Translations under genes and position numbers: made by a program
Shown: piece by piece, positions 26,598 through 39,142 of the stretch
Numbering within the stretch: position 1 is the first letter of the stretch
Layout of the letters: every line of letters begins with the position of its first letter
Notes under the pieces: model-generated
The model's input: the letters and a program-made list of their open reading frames with translations, nothing else
Told to the model about the DNA's origin: nothing
Database searches by the model: none
NCBI RefSeq assembly: GCF_902459465.1
Contig: NC_047065.1
Coordinates: 17,670,001 to 17,734,000 of the forward strand
Source of the DNA: Asterias rubens
Taxonomy: Eukaryota
Length of the DNA: 64,000 nucleotides
Direction: 5' to 3'

Positions 26598-26996
26598 CAA
26601 CCAATCGTGAACCAATCGTGAACTCTAGGATGCCGATCCGAAGAGGTCACAGAAAAATGTTTACTGAGTCCCCCGTGGGTACCATGGAAACATATACGGC
26701 GTGTTCCGCCCCTGTCATGTCGTCCCGATACGGTGCAGACTACGTGTGTTTTATTGTGCTAAGATGCATTCAACCGTAGGCTTTAAAGCTTTTGTTAGAA
26801 ATATTGATTTTCCTGACCAAGCAAACAAAGCATTCGGGACGGGACCTGCTGCAGTACTCAACAATTTGTGTCGACGCGGCCATGTTGAATCTAATTTCTT
26901 GATCTTGTTTCTTGGTTCTGGGGTCCGGCCTGTCTAACCCGTCTGTGAGTGTGACAGCTAGCTAAAGAAGGAAACGACTGCATCTGAATTCAAGTG
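26598..26996 (+). promoter_or_regulatory. Putative promoter and non-coding first exon of the CUB-LDLa gene
   Basis: Tandem aaccaatcgtg (two CCAAT) at ~26600-26615, GC box ttccgcccct at ~26704, CpG-richer stretch, donor-like caagtg|gtaatt at 26996/26997; inference only. Confidence 0.35.
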
Positions 26997-27249
26997 GTAA
27001 TTTCTTTTTGTAAGACACATTTAATTTGATCATAATTGCTTGAACTGTTTCAGGGGGCAGGGTAGGCCTATGTTTTGGTTAGCCATTTAAACTTAATATT
27101 AAAAGCCTCATTCATTTGTACTACATTGTACCATCATTGCACTTCGAAAACTTTTCCAAAAGACATTTTAAATTACATGTACTCCGTAACTTGTTCATTA
27201 CATTATGTACTTAGTGCGTTGTTCACACACATGCAGCAGAGACATAAAC

Positions 27250-30200
27250 ATGGGAGGAAGGTCATATGTCACATCAGGCTGTATCTTCATGCTTCTTCTT
27301 CTTAGTAATCATGTCTTCATCATTGATGGATGTTGGCAAGAAATGATCACTCTAGAGACTGACAGTTCAGAGGAAACTCTTACATCTTTGTATTTCCCTT
27401 CAAATTATCCATCCAACTTGGACTGCAACTATAATATAGTCGCCCCAAACGGTGAGAACAATTTTAAAGAAACTTTTACTTTTGATGTTATTGTTATAGG
27501 ATTTGAGGCATTGCATGGTGAGGTATCAATATATATTTGGTTTGCGGTAACACCATGTGTGTATCTACTTGCCAGGTAGAGTTGTTCTTAGGGAACTGTC
27601 TTGCTTTATTCTACTGCCGTGGAGTAGATAATCGGAGGGTCAGGAGACTTCTCAGTTCTGAAAAGAACTGTCCTGTTTTTTTAACTATTACCAGGGCGGA
27701 TGGTATATGAGCACGATGACTAGAGCAAGCTAGTCGAAACGTTGAGACCAATTTCAGAACTGACTCTGCGGCAGTACAGTTAATTACGATCCTATAAGCT
27801 AAAGTAGTAGTCCAGTCTAATTTCTATACCATCCGCCCTGGTAATAGTTAAAAAAACAGGACAGTTCTTTTCAGAACTGAGAAGTCTCCCAACCCTCCGA
27901 TTATCTACTCCACGGCAGTAGAATAAAGCAAGACAGTTCCCCAAGAACAACTCTACCTGGCAAGTAGATACACACATGGTGTTACCGCAAACCAAATATA
28001 TGATGTTATTGTTATTATAACCAGGTAATCTTAATGTGAACTACTTCAGTGAAATGTCATTTTTGTTGTGTTTATAATAATCTTGTAATGCGCACGTATC
28101 CACCCTGTTGGGTGTTCAAGGCGCAGTAAAACCAACAAACAAAAGAAAAACAAAGAAGAAAAAAACACAACAAAATTAATCCTTGACAGTTTGAAGACAA
28201 TTAATTTGTGCTAGATATTGCATATTGATCAAAATCACATCAACCTATTTCAGATCTAGGTTAATCTATGTCTACGTTGCATATTTATATTTTTATAATG
28301 TGTTTATACCTCACATCATTTGTTTATTTGCATATTTGTTTAGGCCCCTATTTGTTAGTTAATTAATATATTTATTTATTTATCTATAATTAAATTGTTT
28401 ACTTGTTTGTTTGTTTATTTATTTATTTTTATTAATTTATATAATATACTCATCATTAGGTATTTTAATGTAAGCTTCTAATGTGAACTGTTACTGATGA
28501 TAATTAGTAAGTTGCAATACTTTAGTGTGTTTTCCAATCCTTCTTACAGGTAGAAGAGTTCGTATCTACTTCACATCCTTCACAATGGAGGACCCTAATG
28601 AATACGCTACCTGTTTATATGATTACATCACAATCCATGATGGAGATTCAGATGCTGATCCATTAATTGGAACATTCTGTGGCCAGACAGTACCTCCTGT
28701 TATTACATCCAGAGGGCGCCATTTAGTTATCCATTTTGTATCTGATGGATCGATTGAAGAAGCTGGGTTTAGTTTAGTGGCACAGTCAGTGTCTTCAGAT
28801 TATCGAGGTATGTGACTGTATGGTGCCATGTAATATTGCATTATTTTGCAGGCCATGAATTTTGCTCTTGAACGGGCTCTCAAATTGTCATCTGGTTAGG
28901 GGCACTTGTACAGTATGAGGACAATTTAAACCAGTGTATTGAAACTTTGCAAGGGCACCACATCACAAGTAGAGGGCACACAACAGTTATAATGCTGTTG
29001 GTGCTGTGTTATTTTACAGAGGGCTGACTTTGATGTTTCCTTTTGATTTTTATTGATATAAGAGATTTTCTTGAAATAATTGTACTTGTCTAGGAATAAG
29101 CTGTGATTGTAAACTAAGTTAATTAAGAAAGATAGTTAAGAAAGTGGACCCTGGTTCGAATCCCACTCATGAGCAGAGCATAGTCTGGCTCTACAATTGT
29201 GTGTATTAGAATTAAATACAAGTCTTTCATTTTACTGTGTTAGAGTGCATTATTATATTTTGTGGAAGACAGCATTTTAAAACAATTTTTCTTATCCCCA
29301 TTTCATACTTAGCTTTTACCAACAAGCTCTTGCATCTAACTCTAATTACAAAGAGCTTACTAGTCTCTCTCATGATACTTGTGATATTTCTTGTCCCTTT
29401 CTCATACAGAGCCTTTACCAACAAGCTCCAGCCAGTCTTGCATCTTACTCTAATTACAAAAGGCTAAATAGTCTCTCTCACGATACTATGTGATATTTCT
29501 TGTTCCTTTCTCATACAGAGCCTTTACCAACAAGCTCCAGCCAGTCTTGCATCTCACTCTTATAACAAAGAGCTTACTAGTCTCTCTCATGATACTATAT
29601 GATATTTCTTGTCCCTTTCTCATACAGAGCCTTTACCAACAAGCTCCAGCCAGTCTTGCATCTCACTCTAATAACAGAGGGCTAAATAGTCTCTCTCATG
29701 ATACTATGTGATATTTCTTGTTCCTTTCTCATACAGAGCCTTTACCAACAAGCTCCAGCCAGTCTTGCATCTTACTCTAATTACAAAGGGCTAAATAGTC
29801 TCTCTCATGATACTATGTGATATTTCTTGTCCCTTTCTCATACAGAGCCTTTACCAAGAAGCTCCAGCCAGTCTTGCATCTTACTCTAATTACAAAAGGC
29901 TAAATAGTCTCTCTCATGATACTATGTGATATTTCTTGTCCCTTTCTCATACAGAGCCTTTACCAACAAGCTCCAGCCAGTCTTGCATCTTACTCTAATT
30001 ACAAAGGGCTAAATAGTCTCTCTCATGATACTATGTGATATTTCTTGTTCCTTTCTCATACAGAGCCTTTACCAAGAAGCTCCAGCCAGTCTTGCATCTT
30101 ACTCTAATTACAAAGGGCTAAATAGTCTCTCTCATGATACTATGTGATATTTCTTGTCCCTTTCTCATACAGAGCATTTACCAACAAGCTCCAGCCAGTC

Positions 30201-33200
30201 TTGCATCTTACTCTAATTACAAAAGGCTAAATAGTCTCTCTCATGATACTATGTGATATTTCTTGTCCCTTTCTCATACAGAGCCTTTACCAACAAGCTC
30301 CAGCCAGTCTTGCATCTCACTCTAATAACAGAGGGCTAAATAGTCTCTCTCATGATACTATGTGATATTTATTGTTCCTTTCTCATACAGAGCATTTACC
30401 AACAAGCTCCAGCCAGTCTTGCATCTTACTCTAATTACAAAGGGCTAAATAGTCTCTCTCATGATACTACAGTATGTGATATTTCTTGTCCCTTTCTCAT
30501 ACAGAGCCTTTACCAACAAGCTCCAGCCAGTCTTGCATCTCACTCTAATTACAAAGAGCTTACTAGTCTCTCTCATGATACTTGTGATATTTCTTGTCCC
30601 TTTCTCATACAGAGCCTTTACCAACAAGCTCCAGCCAGTCTTGCATCTTACTCTTATTACAAAGAGCTTACTAGTCTCTCTCATGATACTTGTGATATTT
30701 CTTGTTCCTTTCTCATACAGAGCATTTACCAACAAGCTCCAGGCAGTCTTGCATCTTACTCTAATTACAAAGGGCTTACTAGTCTCTCTCATGATACAAT
30801 GTGATATTTCATGAATCCTGTTCCTTTCTCATACAGAGCATTTACCAACAAGCTCCAGCCAGTCTTGCATCTTACTCTAATTACAAAGGGCTAAATAGTC
30901 TCTCTCATGATACTATGTGATATTTCTTGTCCCTTTCTCATACAGAGCCTTTACCAAGAAGCTCCAGCCAGTCTTGCATCTTACTCTAATTACAAAGGGC
31001 TAAATAGTCTCTCTCATGATACTATGTGATATTTCTTGTTCCTTTCTCATACAGAGCCTTTACCAACAAGCTCCAGGCAGTCTTGCATCTTACTCCAATT
31101 ACAAAAGACTAAATAGTCTCTCTCATGATACTATGTGATATTTCTTGTCCCTTTCTCATACAGAGCCTTTACCAAGAAGCTCCAGCCAGTCTTGCATCTT
31201 ACTCTAATTACAAAGGGCTAAATAGTCTCTCTCATGATACTATGTGATATTTCTTGTTCCTTTCTCATACAGAGCCTTTACCAACAAGCTCCAGCCAGTC
31301 TTGCATCTTACTCTAATTACAAAGGGCTAAATAGTCTCTCTCATGATACTATGTGATATTTCTTGTCCCTTTCTCATACAGAGCCTTTACCAAGAAGCTC
31401 CAGCCAGTCTTGCATCTTACTCTAATTACAAAGGGCTAAATAGTCTCTCTCATGATACTATGTGATATTTCTTGTTCCTTTCTCATACAGAGCCTTTACG
31501 AACAAGCTCCAGCCAGTCTTGCATCTTACTCTAATTACAAAGGGCTAAATAGTCTCTCTCATGATACTATGTGATATTTATTGTCCCTTTCTCATACAGA
31601 GCCTTTACCAACAAGCTCCAGCCAGTCTTGCATCTTACTCTAATTACAAAGGGCTAAATAGTCTCTCTCATGATACTATGTGATATTTCTTGTTCCTTTC
31701 TCATACAGAGCCTTTACCAACAAGCTCCAGCCAGTCTTGCATCTTACTCTAATAACAAAGAGCTTACTAGTCTCTCTCATGATACTATGTGATATTTCTT
31801 GTTCCTTTCTCATACAGAGCCTTTACCAAGAAGCTCCAGCCAGTCTTGCATCTTACTTTAATTACAAAGGGCTAAATAGTCTCTCTCATGATACTATGTG
31901 ATATTTCTTGTCCCTTTCTCATACAGAGCCTTTACCAACAAGCTCCAGCCAGTCTTGCATCTTACTCTTATTACAAAGAGCTTACTAGTCTCTCTCATGA
32001 TACTTGTGATATTTCTTGTTCCTTTCTCATACAGAGCATTTACCAACAAGCTCCAGGCAGTCTTGCATCTTACTCTAATTACAAAAGAGCTTACTAGTCT
32101 CTCTCATGATACTATGTGATATTTCTTGTCCCTTTCTCATACAGAGCCTTTACCAACAAGCTCCAGTGAGTTTTGTGTTTCAGTGTTGGAGGAGACTACT
32201 GGTGAATTCTTCAGTCCAGGTTATCCAGATTCTTATGATCATAATCAAGACTGTTTTTTTATTGTCATTGTTTCGGATGAAGCAGAAACTATTCAGGTAA
32301 GTGTTTACAGACAGTTTCTGTCAAAATCATTATCACATCTTAATGTAATATTTATTTTATATTTGGGCCTAATACCAGCCTGGAACTTCATTCTTAAATA
32401 TCTTGAAAGGGCAAGGCAACTTTCACTTTGTAAAGGGCACTTACATTAGAGGTCTTAAATTCAATGGGAAATATTTGAAGGTCACCAATGCCAGGGGCAA
32501 TATGGAGGCCATGGCCTCTGTAGCCTGCGTGTAATTCCAGGCCTGCTTAATAACAGAGAATTAGCCATTCCTACCTACCTAATTGTTATTACATTATCTT
32601 CAATGGAAGAAAAAAAAATATATATATATATTTTTAATCTAAATCCAAAACTAAAACTTAAAAAGCATTGAAGTGGTCCCAGTCTCCATTTTATAAATTG
32701 GTAGTTTTACAGTGAAATCAAATTGACTACCAATGTAATTATTTGTGTGTTTTTTCTCTCTCACAGCTCCGTTTCACATCATTTGATTTGGAGCCATCCC
32801 AGACTTGCATCTATGATTTTGTTGAAGTACGTGATGGATCTTATCTAGTGTCTCCTTTGATTGGTCGATACTGTGGTGGATTCAACAACGCCCCGCCATC
32901 CTTAGTTGAGTCAAGTGGACCATCTATTTATATCCAGTTTCACACAGATATATCGGCATCATTCCAAGGATTTTATGCTGAATATGCAATTGGTTCTATT
33001 GGATTCAGGACAAGTTCAGATACTGGAGAATCTGTGCAGACATCAGGTAAAGATCATCATTGTCATATTAGGAGATTCATTAGTAGGATATGGAATTATA
33101 CAAGTTTACAATTCCAGGTTAGAAATCTTTTGGTTTTAATGGAAAATATAATGTTTGTAGTTTGGCAGAGGAGGAGGGAGAAGTGATTCTTCTTATCATT

Positions 33201-36200
33201 GCTCTGAGAAAGCCTTTTTTGTTAAAGATAGTCCTACACTGTTTCTTCTGCTTGGGGTTGTGGTTCTGAAGTACTTTGCAGGTTTTTGTTTTTCCTAGGA
33301 CTCAACCAATGTGCTTAGTCTTGGTCTCAACACTGAACCTTCATGTATCTAGAGCTTTAAATATAGTTTAGGATCGATTTGACAGTAAATATATTAACGA
33401 CCACGACCTGGGCCCATATGTTAGGCAGAAGTTTCTGCTGAGCAAATTTTCTCTTTGCTGAGCAAGAAATGTGTGGGGAACCAGTCACAACAGTGGTTAC
33501 TGTATTATAATCTGGCCGATAACCTATTTTTGCTAAGCACGATTTTGTTTTGCTTAGCAAGTTTGTGTACAGCAATGATATTACTCATGAAACTAAATTC
33601 TGTCCATTCTACAACAGTGACAATTCTATCTGTGTTTTTGTCATGACAGTGTGTGATATCCGCCATGCAGTCTTGACTGAACGTAGTGGGTTTATTGTGT
33701 CTCATAGTAACTTCCCCCAAGGCTCTTATGATCATCATTCTAGCTGCTCTGTTCAGATTGTTGGATCTCGAAGCTATGAAAAAGTCCTCATTGATTTTAT
33801 TCAAGTCGATCTTCCATCTTGTAAGTATTTTGTAAAATCCTTTTTGTTTAATTTTAATTTTCATCACAAGCCAACTTAGATGTTAGGATCACTGATAGCC
33901 TTAACGTTTTTAAATCTGTTCTGAAGACTTATCTTTTTAGAACAAGCTTTTTACTATTTTTATTGCTCCAGTTGTATCTACTGTCTTTATGTCAGTGCAT
34001 TTTTACTGTTGTATCTACTATCTTTATGTCAATGCGTTTTTACTGTTGTATCTACTGTCTTTATGTCAATGCATTTTTACTGTTGTATCTACTGTCTTTA
34101 TGTCAATGCATTTTTACTGTTGTATCTACTGTCTTTATATTGACATTTTTAATGTTTTGGAACTCCTGTAAGAGTCTTGTACTTTTTCTAATTTTATTTT
34201 TTAAATATTATTATTGGGTTTTGGTTTTTTGGGGTTTCTTTTGGGGGGGGGGGTTATGGTATTTCCTTGATTTTACCAGTTATTAAGTTTTTAATTATGG
34301 TCTTATTATTTTGTTATGCGCTTGTGTACATTTTATGGAATGGTCGCAATATCAATTAACAATTTATTAAACTATATGATTTATGGCAATGTTACTGTTT
34401 GTGTAGGTTTGCCTTTTATACTCAATGTTGATGTCATTTTATAAATTTGACATAAAATTCACTATTTATTCATGTTTTGTACAAGTACAAATACTTACAA
34501 TAACTAATAAAACATCCCATCTGTCATCTTAACCTTTAGCTTCAAACTGTGGAAGTTCATCTTCAGACTACATTCGAGTTAATGATGGTCAACTGGACTC
34601 TGACCATGCAACATTAGGTACCCTATGTGGTAGTGATGTAGGGCGTTATACAAGCAGTGATATGTTTGCTAGTCTAGTATTCCATACAGACGGTGCCGCT
34701 AATGCTGGATATTTAGGATTTAAAGCGTTGTACACCATCTTCTATGAAGGTAACGTAATTATTAACAAACTGTTTCAATTCAAGCTTTATAGTTGTCTGA
34801 GTATTTTTAGTAGACAGTTATTTTGATGTAATGTTAATAGAGTTGTTTATTATAAATTGCACCTTTAAACATCCTGGGATGGAGAATGTGCACTAAATAT
34901 GTAATGAATTATTATGATTTTCAATCCTGGATTAGTAGGATGTGAAACTTTGCATGCTGGAAATGGAAATACGGTAATCAATCATGGATTGTTACACCTT
35001 CCCTATTAACATAAATGTCGGACTTTCTTCTAGATGCTTATGGCTGTGCAGACAATGACTATCATTGTAAGAATGACCATTGTATTGGAAGTTCCTTGGT
35101 ATGTGATGGATACAATCACTGTGGCGATAACTCGGATGAAGACGATGGATGCGGTGAGTAATGACCTTGAGTGTTGAGTAGTTGACTGGGGTTAAGGGTC
35201 ACCCCGGTGATCATAGAATGACCATTGTTTTGGGAGTTCCTTGGTCTCCACAGTGATTGATTCAATCACTGTGGGGATAATTCGGATGAAGACGATTGAT
35301 GCAGTGAGTAATGACCTTGAGTGTTGAGTAGTTGACTGTGGTTAAGGGTCACCCCGGTGATCATAGATTGACCATTGTTTTGGGAGTTTCTTGGTCTCCA
35401 CAGTGTTTGATTGAATCACTGTGGAGATAACTCAGATGAAGAGGATGGATGTTGTCAGTAATGACCTTGAGTGTTGAGTAACTGACTGTGGTTAAGGGTC
35501 ACCCCGGTGATCATAGAATGACCATTGTTTTGGGAGTTTCGTGGTCTCCACAGTGATTGATTCAATCACTGTGGCGATAACTCGGATGAAGAGGATGGAT
35601 GTTGTCAGTAATGACTTTGAGTGTTGAGTTAGGGATTAGGAGTAAGCCAAGAGTAGATGGCTGGGCAATGGGGGATGGGGATCAGCCAGGGCGGGAGAAT
35701 TAGGTGGGTGATGTCAAGATGGTACAGGATTTGAGGGATATTGAGAGAGTGGAATTCGCTCAGTGTTGAGAAGTTGACTGGGGGACTGAATTGAATTGGG
35801 TAGTGGGTGCGGTCAGAGTGTAAGAAATGGCTTTGTGGCATCAAGGATACAGCCTATCATGGATGAACAGTGTATAATAGACTAGAAAGCAGAGATTTTA
35901 ATTAGTATTAGCAAAGAGGGAAACGGTTGAAGAAAACATTGTTAGTTCCAGCATGTTAAAATAGTCAATGGAGAGGAGAGTAGCAAGTAAGGAGTTGAAT
36001 ATTATACACATAATGAATGTTTATGAGTGCAATGGTGCGAATATGTTCATGAGTTGAAAGATGGAATGTTCTATTCAACGAGGCGGAGCCGAGTTGAATG
36101 GAACATTCCAGCTTTCAACGAATGAACATATTCGCACCATTGCACGAATGAAAAACATTCATTATTTGTTTTATATAACATCCAAGTAGAACTTTGTCAT

Positions 36201-38406
36201 TTTGATTGAAAGAAACAACTTTCAAAACAAACAATTTCAACTGTAGAAGCCGAATGCTAGTAATTTTACTATGCCTTCTTGCAGTAACACCTGCTGCGTT
36301 ACCAAAGACACGCGCACGCAGTGATGTTTTTACTCAGCTTTTTCGTTCCATCCGAAAAGTACCATTGCACGCTGGCAGCGTGCCAGCGTGCAATGGTACT
36401 TTTCGGATGGAACGAAAAAGCACGGCGAGTGACTCAGCGTGCAATGGTACTTTTATTTGCTATCACGTGACGGACAATCCTCCAATCAAATGGCAAGGAT
36501 CCGCTTGGGTGTTATATAAAACCCAATCATATTACTAAGGACAAAAGGAATAACAATTCTCTTAGGGTGATTTGCTTACCCATTTCCTGGGAGCTGGTCT
36601 GTCACATAAATGGTTGCCCTTCTTATTTTCCATTTGTGATTTTCTTTCTAAACTAATTTACATGTAATAACTTATTTCATATTTTCTAACAGGTGCTGAG
36701 GATGATCTGACTTGGTTAATGATTGTTGGAATTATACTTGGTTGCATGGCACTTATTGGGATTGGGCTTTGTACTGCATGCTGCTGTCTGAATAATACTG
36801 CTAGAAGACCCACTACAACTAGAGCTCCATCTGCAAATGGAACAGCATTGTCAACTATTTCATCTCAGAATAATGAGTAAGTTTAGAATTATGTTGTTGT
36901 TATTCTAAGTGGAACTTAATGTGAAAGCTTTGGATGGTGTAGGAAGTATGAACCAACCCGTTTGATGGTAGCATGCCAGCCCTGACACTTCATGGAGGAA
37001 ATATTGATATGTTCCATTAAATTATTTAAATCTACCTCATAGTGGTCCCCTTTAATGGTCCAGCTTAATATCAGACCTGGACCAGCTTAATATCAGACCT
37101 GGACCAGCTTAATATCAGACCTGGACCACTGTCTTCAATTAATGGTCCAGCTTAATATCAGACCTGGACCACTGTCTTCAAGTAATGGTCCAGCTTAATA
37201 TCAGACCTGGACCAGCTTAATATCAGACCTGGACCAGCTTAATATCAGACCTGGACCACTGTCTTCAATTAATGGTGCAGCTTAATATCAGACCTGGACC
37301 ACTGTCTTCAATTAATGGTCCAGCTTAATATCAGACCTGGACCACTGTCTTCAATTAATGGTCCAGCTTAATATCAGACCTGGACCACTGTCTTCAATTA
37401 ATGGTCCAGCTTAATATCAGACCTGGACCACTGTCTTCAATTAATGGTCCAGCTTAATATCAGACCTGGACCACTGTCTTCAATTAATGGTCCAGCTTAA
37501 TATCAGACCTGGACCACTGTCTTCAATTAATGGTCCAGCTTAATATCAGACCTGGACCACTGTCTTCAATTAATGGTCCAGCTTAATATCAGACCTGGAC
37601 CACTGTCTTCAATTAATGGTCCAGCTTAATATCAGACCTGGACCACTGTCTTCAATTAATGGTCCAGCTTAATGCTTAACTGTTAGGGAGATTAGGTCTG
37701 AGCAATCAATATAATATTCCTGGTTCGAACTACATCTTCCTCTTTTTTCTGAAAAGAGATTAATCCCCCATACAAGCTGTTCACATTACTTCAGTTTTCT
37801 ACCAATTGATGTTAATTTTAACCTTACTACATGTGTTTATAAGTAGCTGTAAAGACTTTAAATAATATTACAATGTACATGTACAAAGTTGTGAATTATT
37901 TTGTTGAAAGTAAGTTTGAACTACTATTTTCCTTTTTTTCTTACAGTGTCCAGAACCCAACCTATCTCCCAGGGCCAATTACTTCCTCGGCACCTTCTTC
38001 TTACACCCATCAAGCACCTTCCCCCTACCCCCAACCAGCTTCATCCTTACCCCCGAAGTACTCTGAGATCTGGAACAACCCAGTTGATGTACCCCCTATC
38101 CAAGGTTCCCAGAACGGCTACCCAGTGCCTCCAGCCCCTGAGCCCAGTAATATATACAAACGGGAGGATGAAGAGGATTATGCCGTTCCTGATCAACTTG
38201 AAAACACACCTAAAAGTCTAAATGCACCTGTTCTCCCCCCTCCAGCATTTCAGTATGCCCCGCCCACTGCAGATAACCCATCAGGGGTAAATGGAGGGGT
38301 ACATGTAAATGAAGGTTTGAGTTCAGCCCAGGGGATTAGACAACCTAGGGGTGGAACTCTGCCTCCATTAAAAGGTATAAAGGGAAGACCAGCTGAAGAA
38401 CAATAA
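27250..38406 (+). CDS. Type I membrane protein: signal peptide, 3 CUB domains, LDLa, TM, Pro/Ser-rich tail (678 aa; NETO/LRP12-like architecture)
   Basis: Exons 27250-27451, 28550-28807, 32145-32296, 32767-33046, 33650-33820, 34540-34749, 35034-35153, 36693-36876, 37947-38406; all AG/GT, phases consistent, total 2037 nt. CUB motifs (CLYDYITIHDG..LIGTFCG; CIYDFVEVRDG..IGRYCG; DYIRVNDG..GTLCG), LDLa CADNDYHCKNDHCIGSSLVCDGYNHCGDNSDE, TM WLMIVGIILGCMALIGIGLCTACCC. Confidence 0.92.
27498..28000. mobile_element. Foldback insertion with 177-bp inverted arms, PLE pseudo-LTR-like
   Basis: Arms 27531-27707 and 27825-28001; spacer has gactag-agcaag-ctagtc-GAAACGTT; flanked by direct repeat tgatgttattgttat (27483-27497, 28001-28015); end motif acatggtgttaccgcaaacc shared with 22255 and 62321. 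Confidence 0.75.
29290..32166 (+). repeat. 109-bp minisatellite, 26 copies, each containing the 3' splice site of coding exon 3 of the CUB gene
   Basis: Hand count of 26 ctttctcatacag|agc; period 109 (29821 to 29930); last copy runs into the exon at 32145. Confidence 0.95.
33971..34140. repeat. 37-bp tandem repeat, ~4.6 copies
   Basis: gttgtatctactgtctttatgtcaatgcatttttact at 33971, 34008, 34045, 34082, 34119. Confidence 0.9.
35070..35630 (+). repeat. ~150-bp tandem repeat of the LDLa exon 3' half plus donor (original plus 3 degenerate copies)
   Basis: aga(a/t)tgaccattg starts at 35070, 35215, 35365, 35515. Confidence 0.9.
36010..36519. mobile_element. Composite foldback element (two hairpin modules)
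   Basis: Palindrome 36010-36165 centred on gaggcggagccgag; inverted ends 36171/36519 (ttatataacatccaag / cttgggtgttatataa) enclosing a perfect 41-bp-arm palindrome 36338-36421. Confidence 0.7.
37057..37674. repeat. 43-bp minisatellite with interspersed 22-bp subunits
   Basis: ggaccactgtcttcaattaatggtccagcttaatatcagacct about 12 times, plus ggaccagcttaatatcagacct. Confidence 0.92.
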
Positions 38407-39142
38407 GGAAGAAACCAAAATGAGCAATCAATGAATATGTAAATAAACTTCATATTTTTAACAACTCCAATTTATGGATGAAAAATAGAGCACAAACTAC
38501 TTGCATTGAGTTTGTCAGTGACATTTTACCACTACTTCATGTTGTGCTCTATTCATCCATCAATTAGAAATGTTAAACAGTTTTAATGAACATTCCTAAT
38601 GAATATACATGTATTCAAGAAGATGTGAATACTGTATGCTTTGTGACCATAGGCTTTATACAAGTACTATATTGGGATGCCCAACATAATATAGGTTTAC
38701 ATAAGTTATAATTATTGTATAGACCATAGATAATGTTGTTATTGCTGTGTGTAGGTTTTATATCAATATCAGTCTCTTCTGTTTTTGACATGATACATGT
38801 GTTATCAACTTCTGATTCCTTGTACTGTACATGTATAGACCCCTAACATTTGTCAATATTATGTGCATGGGAGTGTCTGCGCCTTGTGGTCTGGTATGAA
38901 ACAGAAGAAGAAGAAGATTTATTGACCAATTCCACAAGAAAAGTTCATACTGGTATGTCCTTGAAAAAGCCATTTTGCCATAGTTGTCGATCTTCTCTTC
39001 ACCTTTAAAAGTAACTGGAATCATTGATGAATAAGTTTTCATTGAAGTTCCTCTTAGATAATGTATATAGCCCAATAGCATACTTTCATTTCCCGATTGC
39101 TGCGGTTTTAAAAGTGTCAAACAGTATTTATTTTTAACACCC

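Noticed and set aside
29227-32119. Many short ORFs on both strands
   Set aside because: Translations of the 109-bp minisatellite
32184-32296. Alternative in-frame acceptor (ttttgtgtttcag|TG) for CUB exon 3
   Set aside because: Would delete the first Cys of CUB2, which is present in CUB1 and CUB3; kept only as the refuting alternative for the acceptor-array finding
36206-36538. ORF with signal-peptide-like MLVILLCLLAV
   Set aside because: Lies wholly within the foldback element; palindromic duplicated peptide (ACNGTF twice)
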